A stretch of 64,000 nt of DNA from Candidatus Multivoradales bacterium (GTDB taxonomy: Bacteria; Acidobacteriota; Thermoanaerobaculia; Multivoradales; J023). Shown here one piece after another: positions 42,201 through 52,599 of the stretch. The notes under the pieces are model-generated. The model made no database searches, had not been told where the DNA came from, and was given only the letters and a program-made list of their open reading frames with translations. The position numbers and the translations under genes are program-made. Positions within the stretch are counted from its first letter, which is position 1. Every line of letters begins with the position of its first letter. Location of the stretch: the NCBI GenBank assembly GCA_965248925.1, contig CBDFLE010000005.1, positions 1,696,001-1,760,000 on the forward strand. Direction: 5' to 3'.

Positions 42201-45200
42201 GCACGGTGTGGAACGACAGCGGGTTCGGTGGTGGAACCTCCGGCGACGGCATACGAGACGGCGCGGAGCAGGGCATCCCGAGCGTTACGGTGACGCTGTT
42301 CACCGACCCGAACGGCGATGGCGACCCGAGCGACGGCGTGGCGATCAATAGCCAGGTGACCGACGCCAACGGGGACTACCTCTTCCTCGGCCTCACCGAC
42401 GGCAGCTACGTGGCGGTGGTCGACACGGCGACCTTGCCGGGATCCACCTTCACCCAGACGGCCGACCCGGATGCTTCACTCGATAACCAGGGCGGCGGTG
42501 GCCTCGACAACGACGACAGCAACCCGGCCAACGATGACATCGCGGACATCGATTTCGGCTACACCATTCCCAACACCGTCTTCGGCAACTTGTGGGAAGA
42601 CAACGACGCCAACGGCTCCCAGGGGACGGGTGAGAATCCTTTCGCGGGAGTGACGGTCAACCTTCTCGACTGCGGCGCCGACACCGTTTGCGGCAACGGC
42701 GACGACGGGGCGACGGTATCTGCGACCACCGACGCCAACGGCGACTACAGCTTCGAGGACGTGGTGGACGGTAACTATCGCGTGGCGGTGGACACGACCA
42801 CCCTGCCGGCTGGGGTCACATGGAGCCAGACGGTGGACCCGGATGCCACTCTCGACGACCGGACGACGGCGACGCTCTCGATTACCGGCGGCAATGTCTA
42901 CGGTCCTTTCGACTTCGCCTACACCGGTACCGGCAGCTCCGACATCGGCGATACGCTGTTTACCGACTGGGATGGCGACGGTGTGCCGGACATCGGCGAA
43001 GAGGGAATTGCCAGCGTCACGGTCTTCCTTTACGAAGATACCAACGGCGACGGCATGATCGATCCGTTGGACGATGCCCTGGTGGCCACCACGGTCACCA
43101 GTGCCAGTGGCGGCTACCTCTTCCCGGACCTGCCGGCTGGGGACTGGATCGTGGTGGTGGACGGCACCGACCCGGACCTTCCCGATTCATACGTACAAAG
43201 CCTCGATCCGGACGAGGCCGGGATTTGCGCGACCTGCGACGGCTCCGCCTCGGTGACTACCGACGGCACCGCCGATCAGCTCGACGTCGACTTTGCCTAT
43301 CAGCCCAGCGGCTTCGGCCAGATCGGTGACACAGTCTTTCTCGACGCCGACCGCGATGGTATCCAAGATGCGGCGGAGGCCGGGATCGCCTCGATCACGG
43401 TGACTCTTTACGAGGACTCCAACAACGACGGCCTGATCGGCGCCGGCGACGCGGTCGTCGCCACGGTCGAAACCAATTCGGACGGCGGCTATCTGTTCCG
43501 CGACCTGCCGGCAGGCAACTACCTGGTGGACGTGGACGCGGCGGACGCCGACTTGCCGACGGACGGTAACGGCGATCAGTACATCCTTTCGACCGCCAAC
43601 GATCCACAGCAGGTGACACTGGCGACTGCCAACGACGTCTTCCTCGACGCCGATTTCGGCTTCACGCCGGGCGGTGTGATCGGCGATACGATCTGGCGGG
43701 ACGACAACGGAGATGGCCTCGAGAGCGCCGAGGAGCTTCCTATCGCCAACGTGACCGTCAGCCTCTACGACGACGTCAATGGGGACGGCGATTACGACCC
43801 GGGCACCGACACGCTGGTTGCAACGGATGTGACGGACGTCAACGGTCAATATCAGTTCAGCGGACTGCCGGCGGGCGCCTATGTGGTGGTGGTGGACTCC
43901 ACCGATCCGGACCTGCCTTCGACCACGGTGACCTACGACGCCGACGGCAGCTTGGACTTCGAAACCGGCGTTGACCTGAGCCCTGGGCAGATTGTCAATT
44001 TCGTAGACTTCGGGATCCAACCGCCGGGCGTGATCGGTGACGTGGTCTTTATCGACAACGACGGAGACGGAATCTTCGACCCGACCGCCGGGGACGAAGG
44101 CATCTCCGGTACGACGGTCGAACTCTACAACGACGTCAACGGGAACGGTGTCTACGATCCCGGTACGGATACCTTGGTGAGCTCCGTGGTCACGGATACG
44201 AACGGTCTCTACGCCTTCGGCGATCTATCGGATGGGGACTATGTCGTAGTGGTCAATACCGCGACTTTGCCGGCAAACCTCAACCCAACCTTCGACCCGG
44301 ACGAAGGCAACGGCTGCGTGACCTGCGACAGTGTCGGTGCCACCACCCTCACGGGAGGGAATATCGACCTGACCCTCGACTTCGGTTACCAGCACCTTCC
44401 GCTGCCGGAGCTTCGTATCGACAAGGACACGACCACACCCATCGTCGTTGCCGGGGGCCAGGCCACCTATACGATCAAGATTCAGAACGCTGGCACCGCG
44501 ACGGCGGAGGATGTCGGCGCAGCGGACACCCTACCGGCCGGCTTCACCTACGCCACGACCGATAGCATCGTGGAAGACGGTGCCGTGCGCACGGTGACTA
44601 CTTCACCCTCGGTGGGAGCCAATGCTCCAGCTTGGGGTGTTTGGGATATCGCGGCCAAAGGTTCGCTTCTGATCACCTTCACCGTAGACGTCGGCGTGGC
44701 GGTCGCGGACGGTACCTACGACAACACCGCCACCGCGAGCTATGACTCCGATGGCGACAACATCCCCGACACCACCGTCGACGACGATGGCACCCAGCCG
44801 CAGGATGCGGACACGCCCCCGCTGTTCGATCCGGAAGACGACGAAGACGTGACCGTCCAGCCGGCCCCAGTGCTGGCGGTGACCAAAGTGTCCAGCGCCG
44901 GCGCGGCAGCAGACCCGGGCGAGACCATCACCTACGCCATGACCGTCACCAACAACGGCTCCGCCGCGGCGAGCAACGTAACGCTCAGCGATGCGCTGCC
45001 AGAGGGTACGACCTACGTCGCGTCGAGCTCCATGGTGACGACGCCGGTCAACCAACCGCCGGAAACCTTCGCCGATGACTTCGAGAGCGGAGGTTATGCG
45101 GGGTCGACTGGGACGCAGAACTGGGCGACCAGCCCGTGGTCCGAGATCGGCGACGACGGCAGTGCCACCGGTGGCGACGTGCAGGTGGTCGCGGACTTGG

Positions 45201-48200
45201 GAGACAACAGTCTCGAGATGCGCCGAGCCGGCAATGGCGCCCTCCGGCAGGCCGATCTGTCGGCCTTTGATTTCGCGACCCTGACATTCGACTTCCGGCG
45301 TTCGGGTTTCGACAATGCGTCGGACCTAGTGACCGTGGAAGTCTCGAACAACGGTGGTGGCAGTTGGACACCCTTGGCCACCTACGACGGCGCCACGATC
45401 GCCACGGACGCCACTTACCAGCCGGCGAGCTTCGACATCTCGAATCAAATTGCTAGCAACACACAAATCCGATTCGTCACCGCCGGTCTCGGAACCCAGG
45501 ACCGCTTCTACGTGGACGACGTTCAGATCGAGGTCATCGCTCGTCCGACGGTACTGAGCGCCGGCGCGGCGCCGGCCGGCCTGGTCGTATCGGCGGATGG
45601 CTACGACCTCCTCCCGGGGGAGACGATGACGGTGACCTTCCAAGCGGTGGTCGACAGTCCCGCGCCGCTGGGCCAGACCTCGGTCGACAATACGGTCTTC
45701 GCCGCCGCGGACGAAATCGCTGACCCTGTCAGCGCTGAGGTCAGCGACCCGCTCAATAGTCTCAACCAGGCGACGATCGGCGACCTGGTGTGGAACGACG
45801 TCAACGGCGACGGCGATCCGACGGGCGAGGACGGCCTCGCGGGAGTGCGAGTGCTGCTGTACACCGCGGGACTCGACATGATGTTCGGTACGCCCGACGA
45901 TGTGCTTATCGCCACCGAGGTGACCGACACCACTGGTGCATACGACTTCATCGGACTGTCGGTGGGGACCTATCAGGTGGTCATCGATCAGGACTCACTT
46001 CCGCCGTCGTACTTCCTGACCACGGGCAACGAGCCGTTGACGGTCACCCTCACCAGCAACTCCGAAGACTTCAACGATGCCGACTTCGGCTACCAACATC
46101 AGCCGGTCACGCTACCGGTGACCCTATCGTCATTCCGCTTGGAGGTACTCGGTGGCACCCTCCGTTTCACCTGGACGACGGAGACCGAGACGGCAAATGT
46201 CGGCTTCTTTCTCTACGGTGAGACCGAGGCTGGCTGGGTGCCACTTCACGATGAGTTGATCCCGTCTCTAGTCGTCGACTCCGTGGTGCAGCAGCAGTAC
46301 ACTCTCGATGTGCCGGCGGCCGGCACGCAGCGCTTTCTGTTGATCGACATCGACACCCGGGGAAGGTCGACTCATCACGGTCCATTCACGCTGGGCGAAG
46401 CCATCGCCGCGGCTTCGCCCCGGCCGGCCGAGCGGATCCAGTGGTCGGCAATTCGCATGCGCCACCACGCCCAGGAAAGAGAGCGGCAGGGAGGCTGGCG
46501 CCAGAGAGACCTACCGGAGGTCGAGATCTCCGTGCCGGCAAACGGCCTCTACCGAATCACCTGGGAACAGCTCGACGCGGCGGGCCTCGACTTGTCCGGA
46601 GTGCCGCTACATCACCTGGCGGTCACCGTGGCAGGCGAGCCGGTGGCGGCATACACCAGCGGCAAGGGCACCTGGAAGGCCGGAGCGGCGCTCGAGTTGA
46701 TTGGCGAGAGGCTCGAGACCCTCTACGCCGATACCAACCTATACCGCCTGTCCGTCGATCCGGCCACCGCCGAGCGCGTATCGGTCGACCCGCGGCCCGC
46801 GCCGCGAGGGGGTACCGCGGTGACGACCTATCGTGAGACCGCCCGAGTCGGCGAAGAGAACCTCTACAGCTTCGGCGCCCCGAACGGCGATCCTTGGATC
46901 GATCGCTGGCTGTTGGCCTTCGGCGCCCCGGCGAGCGCCGAAATACCGGTGAGCGTCGACCATGTGGTCGACGGCGGCCAGAACGCCGTGCTGCGGGTCG
47001 AGCTCTGGGGGGTGACCGCATGGCCCGAGCGACCCGATCACCATGTGGTTCTTTCCTTCAATGGAAGGCAATTGGCCAGTGTTTGGTTCGACGGTCTGGT
47101 GAACTACCCCATCGAGATTCCACTACCGGAGGGCCTGCTTCGCGAGGGAGAGAACCTCGTGCGGATCGAGCTTCCGAACGACACCGGTTTGCCCTTCGAT
47201 CTGGTCGCGCTCGATCGGGTCGAGGTGACCTTCGACCGACAGACGGTCGCAACGCAGGGAACCCTCTCCTTCGAAGCGAGCGGCTCGGCGGTCGAGGTGA
47301 GTGGCTTGCCGAGTGAGAAGGTCACTGTCTACCGAGAGTCGGACGGCGAGCTCGAGAGACTGGCCAAGGTCACCGTCACCGCCGGGACCGAGGGCTTCAC
47401 GGCTCGTTTCCGCGGCTCCGACGGCCGCCTAGCTCGCTATATCGTGACCGCCGCCGGTAGCGAGCAGGAGGGCGGCCTCGCGGCGGCCCGGCCACTCGTA
47501 GACATCCACGCTGGCTCCGCCGAGTACCTCATCCTCAGCCATCCGGACTTCCTCGAAGCCTTGCCACCTCTGGTGGCGGCAAGGCAGCGGCAAGGCCTCA
47601 CCGTGCGGGTGGTCGATGTCGAAGACGTCTACGCTCACTACTCGGGCGGGGTGCTCGACGCAGAGGCGATTCGATCGTTCATCGCCCATGCGGCGACCAA
47701 GCTCGGCACACGCTATGTGCTGCTGGTCGGGGGCGACAGCTACGATTACAAGAACTACTTGGGAATTGGCAGCATCAGCTTCCTGCCGTCGCTCTACAGC
47801 CGGACCGGATCGGTGGTCTACTTCGCACCGTCCGACCCCCTCTACGGCGACCTCGACTACGACCGGGTGCCTGACCTTGCGATCGGCCGGTTCCCGGTAC
47901 GCACGGTGGAAGAGCTCGAAGAGGTCATCGCCAAAACGCTCACCTTCGAGCAAATCTACTATCGGCGAACGACCTTGGTGGCGACTGACGCGGACAATTC
48001 AGCAGAAGCGATCTCCTTCCGTGAGGCGGGCGACCAGCTCACCTCTGAGTTGAGTGCAGGATGGGAAGTTCGCCGAGCGGATATCGACCATCTGGGAGTT
48101 GACGGCGCGCGGTCGGCGTTGATCCAAGCCATCGAGCAAGGCACAGCGCTGACCCAATACTTCGGCCACTCCGGGCCGACTCTGTGGTCCTTCCACCGGC

Positions 48201-48562
48201 TGTTCGACACTACCGACGCGAGCGCGCTCACCAATGACGGTTATCCGACGACAATCCTCCAGTGGGGCTGTTGGAATACCTACTACGTGGCGCCCGAGAA
48301 CAACACGATGGCTCACCGGCTGCTGCTCTCGGGTGCGCAGGGCGCGGCCGCGGTCTTGGGGGCCGCCACCTTGACCACCAGTCAGTCGGATCTGGCCCTC
48401 GGTCGGCATTTCCTGCCGTTGGTAACCCAGCCTGGGCTCACCGTGGGCGAGGCGCTGACAGCGGCCAAGCAGGCGCTAGACGCCGAGGCCCCCGGAGCCT
48501 TCATGGACGTGATCGTCGGCTGGACTCTCCTCGGGGATCCGGCCCTGGTAATCGACCCATGA
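39281..48562 (+). CDS. Giant secreted adhesin-like protein (4 DUF11-like and 8 SdrD B-like domains) with C-terminal C25 (gingipain-family) peptidase
   Basis: 3093 aa; repeated IGD..W.D.D.DG units; LPVTLSSF linker; YVLLVGG, DLAIGRFP, YFGHSG (His), WGCWN (Cys), LLGDP. Confidence 0.9.
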   Translation: MSSSTLVFLPSGGFAPRCASPRVGRGALFLAMAFLFLVPFEIQAQPALEASINAGYNYVVDSNVLSPSTYAPSVATVMGRLCNTGTVPLTDVSGYIGDMTAGTPGLYPTRDSSAAAFITEHPHLATTGLYSLTHVGGSAGLADATRYVGSLDVGECRTQYWHMTYPRRTNPDNTGPDPVWGLTRDPDDDLWLTFDIWVTSTEGASASATHRATLRNEISANANKIEPNGGIWFNDPSMVKPGELLITNGFNYDLGVINKGFDNDGDLDFDFNAWLQPIGDPSYDPSCYRLVKTEGQLVISRSGGNPDTIIDFVDQLYFTDLPDDNNGGLGVVKYTFLALNGPCATTITPYQEVASGADNEKFAGDFGTEAPSLESLPADVTLDKSVDKSSANLGETLTYSMDIENTGASAVGQPDFGTPLVVRDSIPSGTSYVAASASFVLGFSPNDGVRTLFSTDGGTIWSSTEPANPALVTDLQWWLRDPLPAATTGTFSFQVTIDAGFGGLSIPNTAGLSFANAGPFAEDSALTLILGTNTIGDFIWRDLDQDGVQDGGAETAISDVTVSLYFDADGDGLIGPGDLLIGTTTTAVDGSYSFPDLVDGDFVVQVDKADPDLGVGWALTTDETIAVTLAGGDFLTADFGFSPILALTKTLTSASPATEGELVTYDIQLTNLLEEGGAGGECVYTEWANDENGSGFNNPTNALGAPDGQYADTTSTNIPFLGGAFNFVPADLSEEIVKVEVLAWAYVDFSSPPLGDLSITLQQWYNQMPGTVFEIFTSFTTPSSNDYIGSANAGLLVLDATSARTWSQSDLNTPSVTLGHSSIIRFSYSGGGGETATFFVDALGVRVTTQCSGPLGGVIQPLPLADTYNADLLEFVSAVPPVSSVTTGGATPYTNTGALSWADVGPLPGLTSSSVTVTFRALEPPDTDADGENDPAFLPNDALATGAFLVDGTPVNEASDDADTTVNPRGTFSGTVWNDSGFGGGTSGDGIRDGAEQGIPSVTVTLFTDPNGDGDPSDGVAINSQVTDANGDYLFLGLTDGSYVAVVDTATLPGSTFTQTADPDASLDNQGGGGLDNDDSNPANDDIADIDFGYTIPNTVFGNLWEDNDANGSQGTGENPFAGVTVNLLDCGADTVCGNGDDGATVSATTDANGDYSFEDVVDGNYRVAVDTTTLPAGVTWSQTVDPDATLDDRTTATLSITGGNVYGPFDFAYTGTGSSDIGDTLFTDWDGDGVPDIGEEGIASVTVFLYEDTNGDGMIDPLDDALVATTVTSASGGYLFPDLPAGDWIVVVDGTDPDLPDSYVQSLDPDEAGICATCDGSASVTTDGTADQLDVDFAYQPSGFGQIGDTVFLDADRDGIQDAAEAGIASITVTLYEDSNNDGLIGAGDAVVATVETNSDGGYLFRDLPAGNYLVDVDAADADLPTDGNGDQYILSTANDPQQVTLATANDVFLDADFGFTPGGVIGDTIWRDDNGDGLESAEELPIANVTVSLYDDVNGDGDYDPGTDTLVATDVTDVNGQYQFSGLPAGAYVVVVDSTDPDLPSTTVTYDADGSLDFETGVDLSPGQIVNFVDFGIQPPGVIGDVVFIDNDGDGIFDPTAGDEGISGTTVELYNDVNGNGVYDPGTDTLVSSVVTDTNGLYAFGDLSDGDYVVVVNTATLPANLNPTFDPDEGNGCVTCDSVGATTLTGGNIDLTLDFGYQHLPLPELRIDKDTTTPIVVAGGQATYTIKIQNAGTATAEDVGAADTLPAGFTYATTDSIVEDGAVRTVTTSPSVGANAPAWGVWDIAAKGSLLITFTVDVGVAVADGTYDNTATASYDSDGDNIPDTTVDDDGTQPQDADTPPLFDPEDDEDVTVQPAPVLAVTKVSSAGAAADPGETITYAMTVTNNGSAAASNVTLSDALPEGTTYVASSSMVTTPVNQPPETFADDFESGGYAGSTGTQNWATSPWSEIGDDGSATGGDVQVVADLGDNSLEMRRAGNGALRQADLSAFDFATLTFDFRRSGFDNASDLVTVEVSNNGGGSWTPLATYDGATIATDATYQPASFDISNQIASNTQIRFVTAGLGTQDRFYVDDVQIEVIARPTVLSAGAAPAGLVVSADGYDLLPGETMTVTFQAVVDSPAPLGQTSVDNTVFAAADEIADPVSAEVSDPLNSLNQATIGDLVWNDVNGDGDPTGEDGLAGVRVLLYTAGLDMMFGTPDDVLIATEVTDTTGAYDFIGLSVGTYQVVIDQDSLPPSYFLTTGNEPLTVTLTSNSEDFNDADFGYQHQPVTLPVTLSSFRLEVLGGTLRFTWTTETETANVGFFLYGETEAGWVPLHDELIPSLVVDSVVQQQYTLDVPAAGTQRFLLIDIDTRGRSTHHGPFTLGEAIAAASPRPAERIQWSAIRMRHHAQERERQGGWRQRDLPEVEISVPANGLYRITWEQLDAAGLDLSGVPLHHLAVTVAGEPVAAYTSGKGTWKAGAALELIGERLETLYADTNLYRLSVDPATAERVSVDPRPAPRGGTAVTTYRETARVGEENLYSFGAPNGDPWIDRWLLAFGAPASAEIPVSVDHVVDGGQNAVLRVELWGVTAWPERPDHHVVLSFNGRQLASVWFDGLVNYPIEIPLPEGLLREGENLVRIELPNDTGLPFDLVALDRVEVTFDRQTVATQGTLSFEASGSAVEVSGLPSEKVTVYRESDGELERLAKVTVTAGTEGFTARFRGSDGRLARYIVTAAGSEQEGGLAAARPLVDIHAGSAEYLILSHPDFLEALPPLVAARQRQGLTVRVVDVEDVYAHYSGGVLDAEAIRSFIAHAATKLGTRYVLLVGGDSYDYKNYLGIGSISFLPSLYSRTGSVVYFAPSDPLYGDLDYDRVPDLAIGRFPVRTVEELEEVIAKTLTFEQIYYRRTTLVATDADNSAEAISFREAGDQLTSELSAGWEVRRADIDHLGVDGARSALIQAIEQGTALTQYFGHSGPTLWSFHRLFDTTDASALTNDGYPTTILQWGCWNTYYVAPENNTMAHRLLLSGAQGAAAVLGAATLTTSQSDLALGRHFLPLVTQPGLTVGEALTAAKQALDAEAPGAFMDVIVGWTLLGDPALVIDP

Positions 48563-48595
48563 GGGGGCTATGAGGCCAGCGGAGAGTGAACGCTA

Positions 48596-49090
48596 CTACC
48601 TGCGGCTTCGCTCTTCGCTTCGAACCCAACTAGGTTCCAGCCGATTCGACCGCCGCGCTAAAGGCCGACGAACCTTGAGGGCTCCAACTAGCTCGACATG
48701 CTGCATGAATCCAGGGTGCTGGCGACCTTGCCACCCGTGTCGGCTTCGTGAACAGATTTTGGCGCAGTACTGCGTCCCTCCCCAACGCTGCAATTCCTCG
48801 GCGACACCTTTCTTGTCGAGCGTCTTCCTCGAGCTCCAAGAGCATTTCAGTGACTCGCTGCTGATATTCGGTAGGGTCAAGGTTTTCCCAACAAGGGAGC
48901 GGCGCTAGTTCAAGAGACTTGGGGTCGGCGTAGGGGTAGGTGCCGAAGTCCCCGCCGCGTCGTTTGGCGTTGAATTCCGCGGTTCGATTGAACCAGAATC
49001 CCTGCATCGGGCGCCCAGTAGATAGAGACTTTGCGCTGTGGACTCCGGGCCAGTCGACGCACTGCTCGACCGGGCGTTCTTTGACGCCAT
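48596..49090 (-). mobile_element. C-terminal remnant of a Y1 (IS200/REP-associated) tyrosine transposase
   Basis: GVKERLV...DWPGVHS, GFWFNRT, LAPLPCW, SPAP; frameshifted, HUH N-terminus absent. Confidence 0.65.
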
Positions 49091-49243
49091 GGCTTAGTAG
49101 ATACCGCAGACGAGCGATCTATGCTGCGGGCTCTGCGCTGACCGGAATGGCCGAATACCGACGGCCCCAGATCTTCTCTCGCCAGCCCGTCAGTCGGCCC
49201 ACTCCGCGGGCTATCTTGGAGCAGATACCTCTCGGGTAGGCGC

Positions 49244-49363
49244 TTCGGGGTGACCGGGGTACCGACCTTCGTCGCCGCCGGGCGCGGGCTGGTCGGCGCC
49301 CAGCCTTACGAAGAGTTGGAGCGGCTGGTGGTGGCGGCCGGCGCAGTATTGGTCGTCTCTTGA
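49244..49363 (+). pseudogene. C-terminal fragment of a DsbA/FrnE-family thioredoxin-fold protein
   Basis: FGVTGVPTFV...LVGAQPYEEL. Confidence 0.65.
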
Positions 49364-49663
49364 CCGGGGCCAGATCGTGGTTGAGAGTTTTCCCGCGCTG
49401 ACCGCTGATCGCAGTTCCGACGCCGAGAAGATCGCTAGAGTTAGTCCTGGCCCACATTTCTCATCAGCGATCTATCGGGTCGCCGTATCTACCTGTATCG
49501 GCGGCTCTTCGCTCGCTAATGCTTCTCGACGTAAGTTCTATACGCCTACAGCGCTTTCGCTCGCAAGCCCTGCGGCTACAGGCATCGACAGCGACTCATA
49601 ACGATCTGGTGAGAAAAGTGGGCCGAGCTTCTCGGGTTTCAGAAACCGTGAGCAAGACGGGCG

Positions 49664-49973
49664 CTAGTTAGCGGCCGCGCACGAGAAAACCTTGGCACAA
49701 GTTTTGTATTGTTTATGGCAAGTAATGAGACATGCATCGTCCTCGCAGTCGCTTCTGCAGGAAATGAAATCGACCAGGCACAAAAAGGCATCCGATTTCG
49801 AACGCTTTGGTGGAAGGTGCCTTCGTCGCCGTCGCGAAGATGAAAGGCTCGGACACCTCAATTGAGGTGAAGACAGACTCCACGCGATCATCAGGGGCCT
49901 GGGGAGCGGCGAAGACCAGTGCGGAAGTGGCTAGTAGCACGAGGGTAGCTAGGACTGCTTTCTTGAGAGTCAT
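49664..49973 (-). CDS. Small secreted Cys-rich peptide precursor; 1-nt frameshift in a T run near 49785
   Basis: Signal peptide MTLKKAVLA...FA. Removing one T joins it to CLLCLVDFISCRSDCEDDACLITCHKQYKTCAKVFSC (8 Cys). Confidence 0.7.
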
Positions 49974-50314
49974 TGACACTTCTCCATCTGAAGACTAACT
50001 GATGCGCCTTGGCCCTCTGGAAGACTCTTCCAGCCCTGTTTGCCAGAGTCTTGTGACAATGGCGAAGGCACAGTCCTGGTTCGTTACTGACCTGCTCTAC
50101 GGGGCTTGTTGCAGCACGGATTCCTTTAAGTTGCATTTCATGGGCGCCTTTTGGAATTGGGCAAACGCGGCACGGGCCTGCCCGTTTCCGTAGACAGCTT
50201 GCTGGGTTTATTGGATGCCGAGGCGAGAGGAATGGTCGCTCTCCGAGGAGTTGGAGCGTCTGGTGCTCGTCGGTACGATCCCTCGGTGAGCCGACGTCCG
50301 ACGCTGCGTGGGCG

Positions 50315-52261
50315 TCAGTGACCGCTGGCCGGAGTTGCTTCGAAAGGCGGATGGGCGCCGCCCAGCCAGCGCCACAGCGAGAATCTGCCGCTGATCTCGG
50401 TCAGCAGGATCTGATGGCGGCCGGCCGGCACTCGCAGGCCCCGATGAATGACGTTGACCGGCCAGCTGGCGACGGGCCGGTCGCCAATCCAAGCCCGCCA
50501 GGTGCCTGGCAGATGGTCGAAGACCACCAGCCAGCCGGGTTGGTCTGACTCGACCTCCAACACAATTCGGCGGTCGGCCCACTCCGTGACCCGTACCCCT
50601 GCGGTGCCGGCGATCTCGCGATTGCCCGGACGGCCGATGACGACTGCCTGGCGGGTGGCATCGAAGTCCGCGGCGGTCAGCAGGGCCACGGCGCCATCGA
50701 GGCCGTCGCTCGAGAGCAGCTCTGGAACGACCGCCGCCACCGGTAGGGACGGCGGATCGCAGGCGGGAACCTCGAGCCGTACCAGATCCTCGCTGAAGTC
50801 TATTGCCGAGAAGCCCCTGGCCCGCAGTGCTTCGAGCTGCTCGGGGGTGGCGCCAGTCAGCAGAACAGGCAACCCAGGTGTCACCAGCCGACCCCGCGGC
50901 GGCAGCCGAAACCGCCGTCCTTGGCAAAGATAGCGGCGGATCTCTTCCATTCCAAAGCTGGTGAAGGGCGCCGGCGCCGGCACTTGCAGCAGCTCCCTGC
51001 CGCCGCCCGCATTGTCCACGAGCATCGCGTAGCTGAGTCGCATCGAGAGCGGGTAGCCGAGACTCAGGACTACCGAGGGGTCGGGCGCTTGGTCGAGAAT
51101 CTCGCCGGCCGGCTGGAGATCTGGCCCGCGCCGCCGGTCGGCGTCATGCCAGTTGACCCAACCCAGACCGACCGGCAGCAGCAGCGCCGCCCAAGCCAGG
51201 CGATGGCGCTGTTCGCCGAGTAGGACGAGCAGCCGCTGCATGCCAAAGGCGGCGTAGCACGAACCGATCATGACGATCGGCGGCAAGTAGGCCTCCAGAT
51301 CGTTGACCGAGTAGCCCATAACGAAGATCAAGTTGCAAGCGCCGGCGGTGAGCAGAAGGCCGTCCCGACGGCCGGGCCGCCGGAGCAGCCCGACCAGGGC
51401 CAGCGGGGCGAAGAGCCACAGCTCAGCCAGCAGCGAGCGCCCGATCCACGGCAGGCGCTGCGAAAAGATCTCGCCGACGCTTTGTTGCCACAAGAAACCC
51501 TTGTTGATCCCGCCGCTCATGACCTGAGCCAGCTCCGCAAGGTCACTGGCGGTGGTTTCGAGAAACCGCGTGTCGGGATCAAAGGTGCTCCAGGCCAGAT
51601 AACCGTACTGAAGGGATCCCACGACCACGAAGGCTGCCCCGGCCACCAGGATCCGCGGTCTGGCCAGGCCGGTGGGGTCGACCCGCAAGACAAACCAGAT
51701 GACTGCTGGCAGCCAACAAGCGATGGTGACGTGGTTGCCTCCGGCGAGCGCCAGCACCGCGAAGGCCGCCAAAAGATCGCCGGTTTGCTGCCAGCGCTGC
51801 CAGCGCAGGAGAAAGAGCAATATCAAGGTACCGCACAACCAGTGCAAGGCGTAAACCTCGGCGATGGTTGCATAGGACCACAAAGTCGCGCTGAGCCCCA
51901 AGCCGCAGGCGGCGGCGATGGCCACCGTCCGAGAGACCTCGGCGACCCGCAAAGCGACCGCCAACACGGCGCAGGCCAATGCCGCCAAGATCGCCGACAG
52001 GAGATTTGCCAGCAAAGCCGCCGAGCCCCAAGGGATCAGTCGAACGAAAGCTTGATTAATCAGCAGGTAGGCCGGGTAGCCGGTGGCATGGGGGGTGCCA
52101 GCATGCGCGCCCAAGATCTGAAACTTGACCGAATCCCCCGAGCCGCCGACGCCGGGTTGCAGAGTCAGGGCGTAGACCGTCAACAGCAGCGCGGCGACGG
52201 CTACGAAGGTGTCCCAGTCCCGGCGCAGGCTGACGCCTGCCGGGGTCGAGCTTCGAGTCAT
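50315..52261 (-). CDS. DUF2723 (TMEM260-like) membrane glycosyltransferase with YfhO-like C-terminus
   Basis: GDSVKFQ, HATGYPAY, AEVYAL; C-terminal PGWLV...W.A...G.H. Confidence 0.82.
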   Translation of the reverse strand: MTRSSTPAGVSLRRDWDTFVAVAALLLTVYALTLQPGVGGSGDSVKFQILGAHAGTPHATGYPAYLLINQAFVRLIPWGSAALLANLLSAILAALACAVLAVALRVAEVSRTVAIAAACGLGLSATLWSYATIAEVYALHWLCGTLILLFLLRWQRWQQTGDLLAAFAVLALAGGNHVTIACWLPAVIWFVLRVDPTGLARPRILVAGAAFVVVGSLQYGYLAWSTFDPDTRFLETTASDLAELAQVMSGGINKGFLWQQSVGEIFSQRLPWIGRSLLAELWLFAPLALVGLLRRPGRRDGLLLTAGACNLIFVMGYSVNDLEAYLPPIVMIGSCYAAFGMQRLLVLLGEQRHRLAWAALLLPVGLGWVNWHDADRRRGPDLQPAGEILDQAPDPSVVLSLGYPLSMRLSYAMLVDNAGGGRELLQVPAPAPFTSFGMEEIRRYLCQGRRFRLPPRGRLVTPGLPVLLTGATPEQLEALRARGFSAIDFSEDLVRLEVPACDPPSLPVAAVVPELLSSDGLDGAVALLTAADFDATRQAVVIGRPGNREIAGTAGVRVTEWADRRIVLEVESDQPGWLVVFDHLPGTWRAWIGDRPVASWPVNVIHRGLRVPAGRHQILLTEISGRFSLWRWLGGAHPPFEATPASGH

Positions 52262-52370
52262 TGGCTGATTGTAACCCCTCTGTTTTCGGCCCGATGGCCC
52301 CGGCTCTGCCGAGACTTGCGTGGACCGCTGTGAACGCCCACTTGCCAGGCCAGAGCAGAAGGAGGTCGCG

Positions 52371-52511
52371 ATGTTGAAGAGTCTTCTCAGTCGGTTACAG
52401 CCGGTTCACCAGGCGGTGACACGGGAAGAGCGCGAGGCGGTCTACCGCTTCCGCTACCGGGTCTACGTCGAGGAGTTCGGCCGCGAGCTGGGCGCAACGT
52501 GGGCGAGATAG
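52371..52511 (+). pseudogene. N-terminal fragment of a GNAT / N-acyl amino acid synthase-like protein
   Basis: AGGAGG RBS; EEREAVYRFRYRVYVEE, then a stop. Confidence 0.6.
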
Positions 52512-52599
52512 AGCGCCTCTGCCATCCTTGATCGAATGGAGCAACGGCCATGAACGCCGCAACAGAATCCCGCAATATCCGCATCTGGCCCGGTATTGT

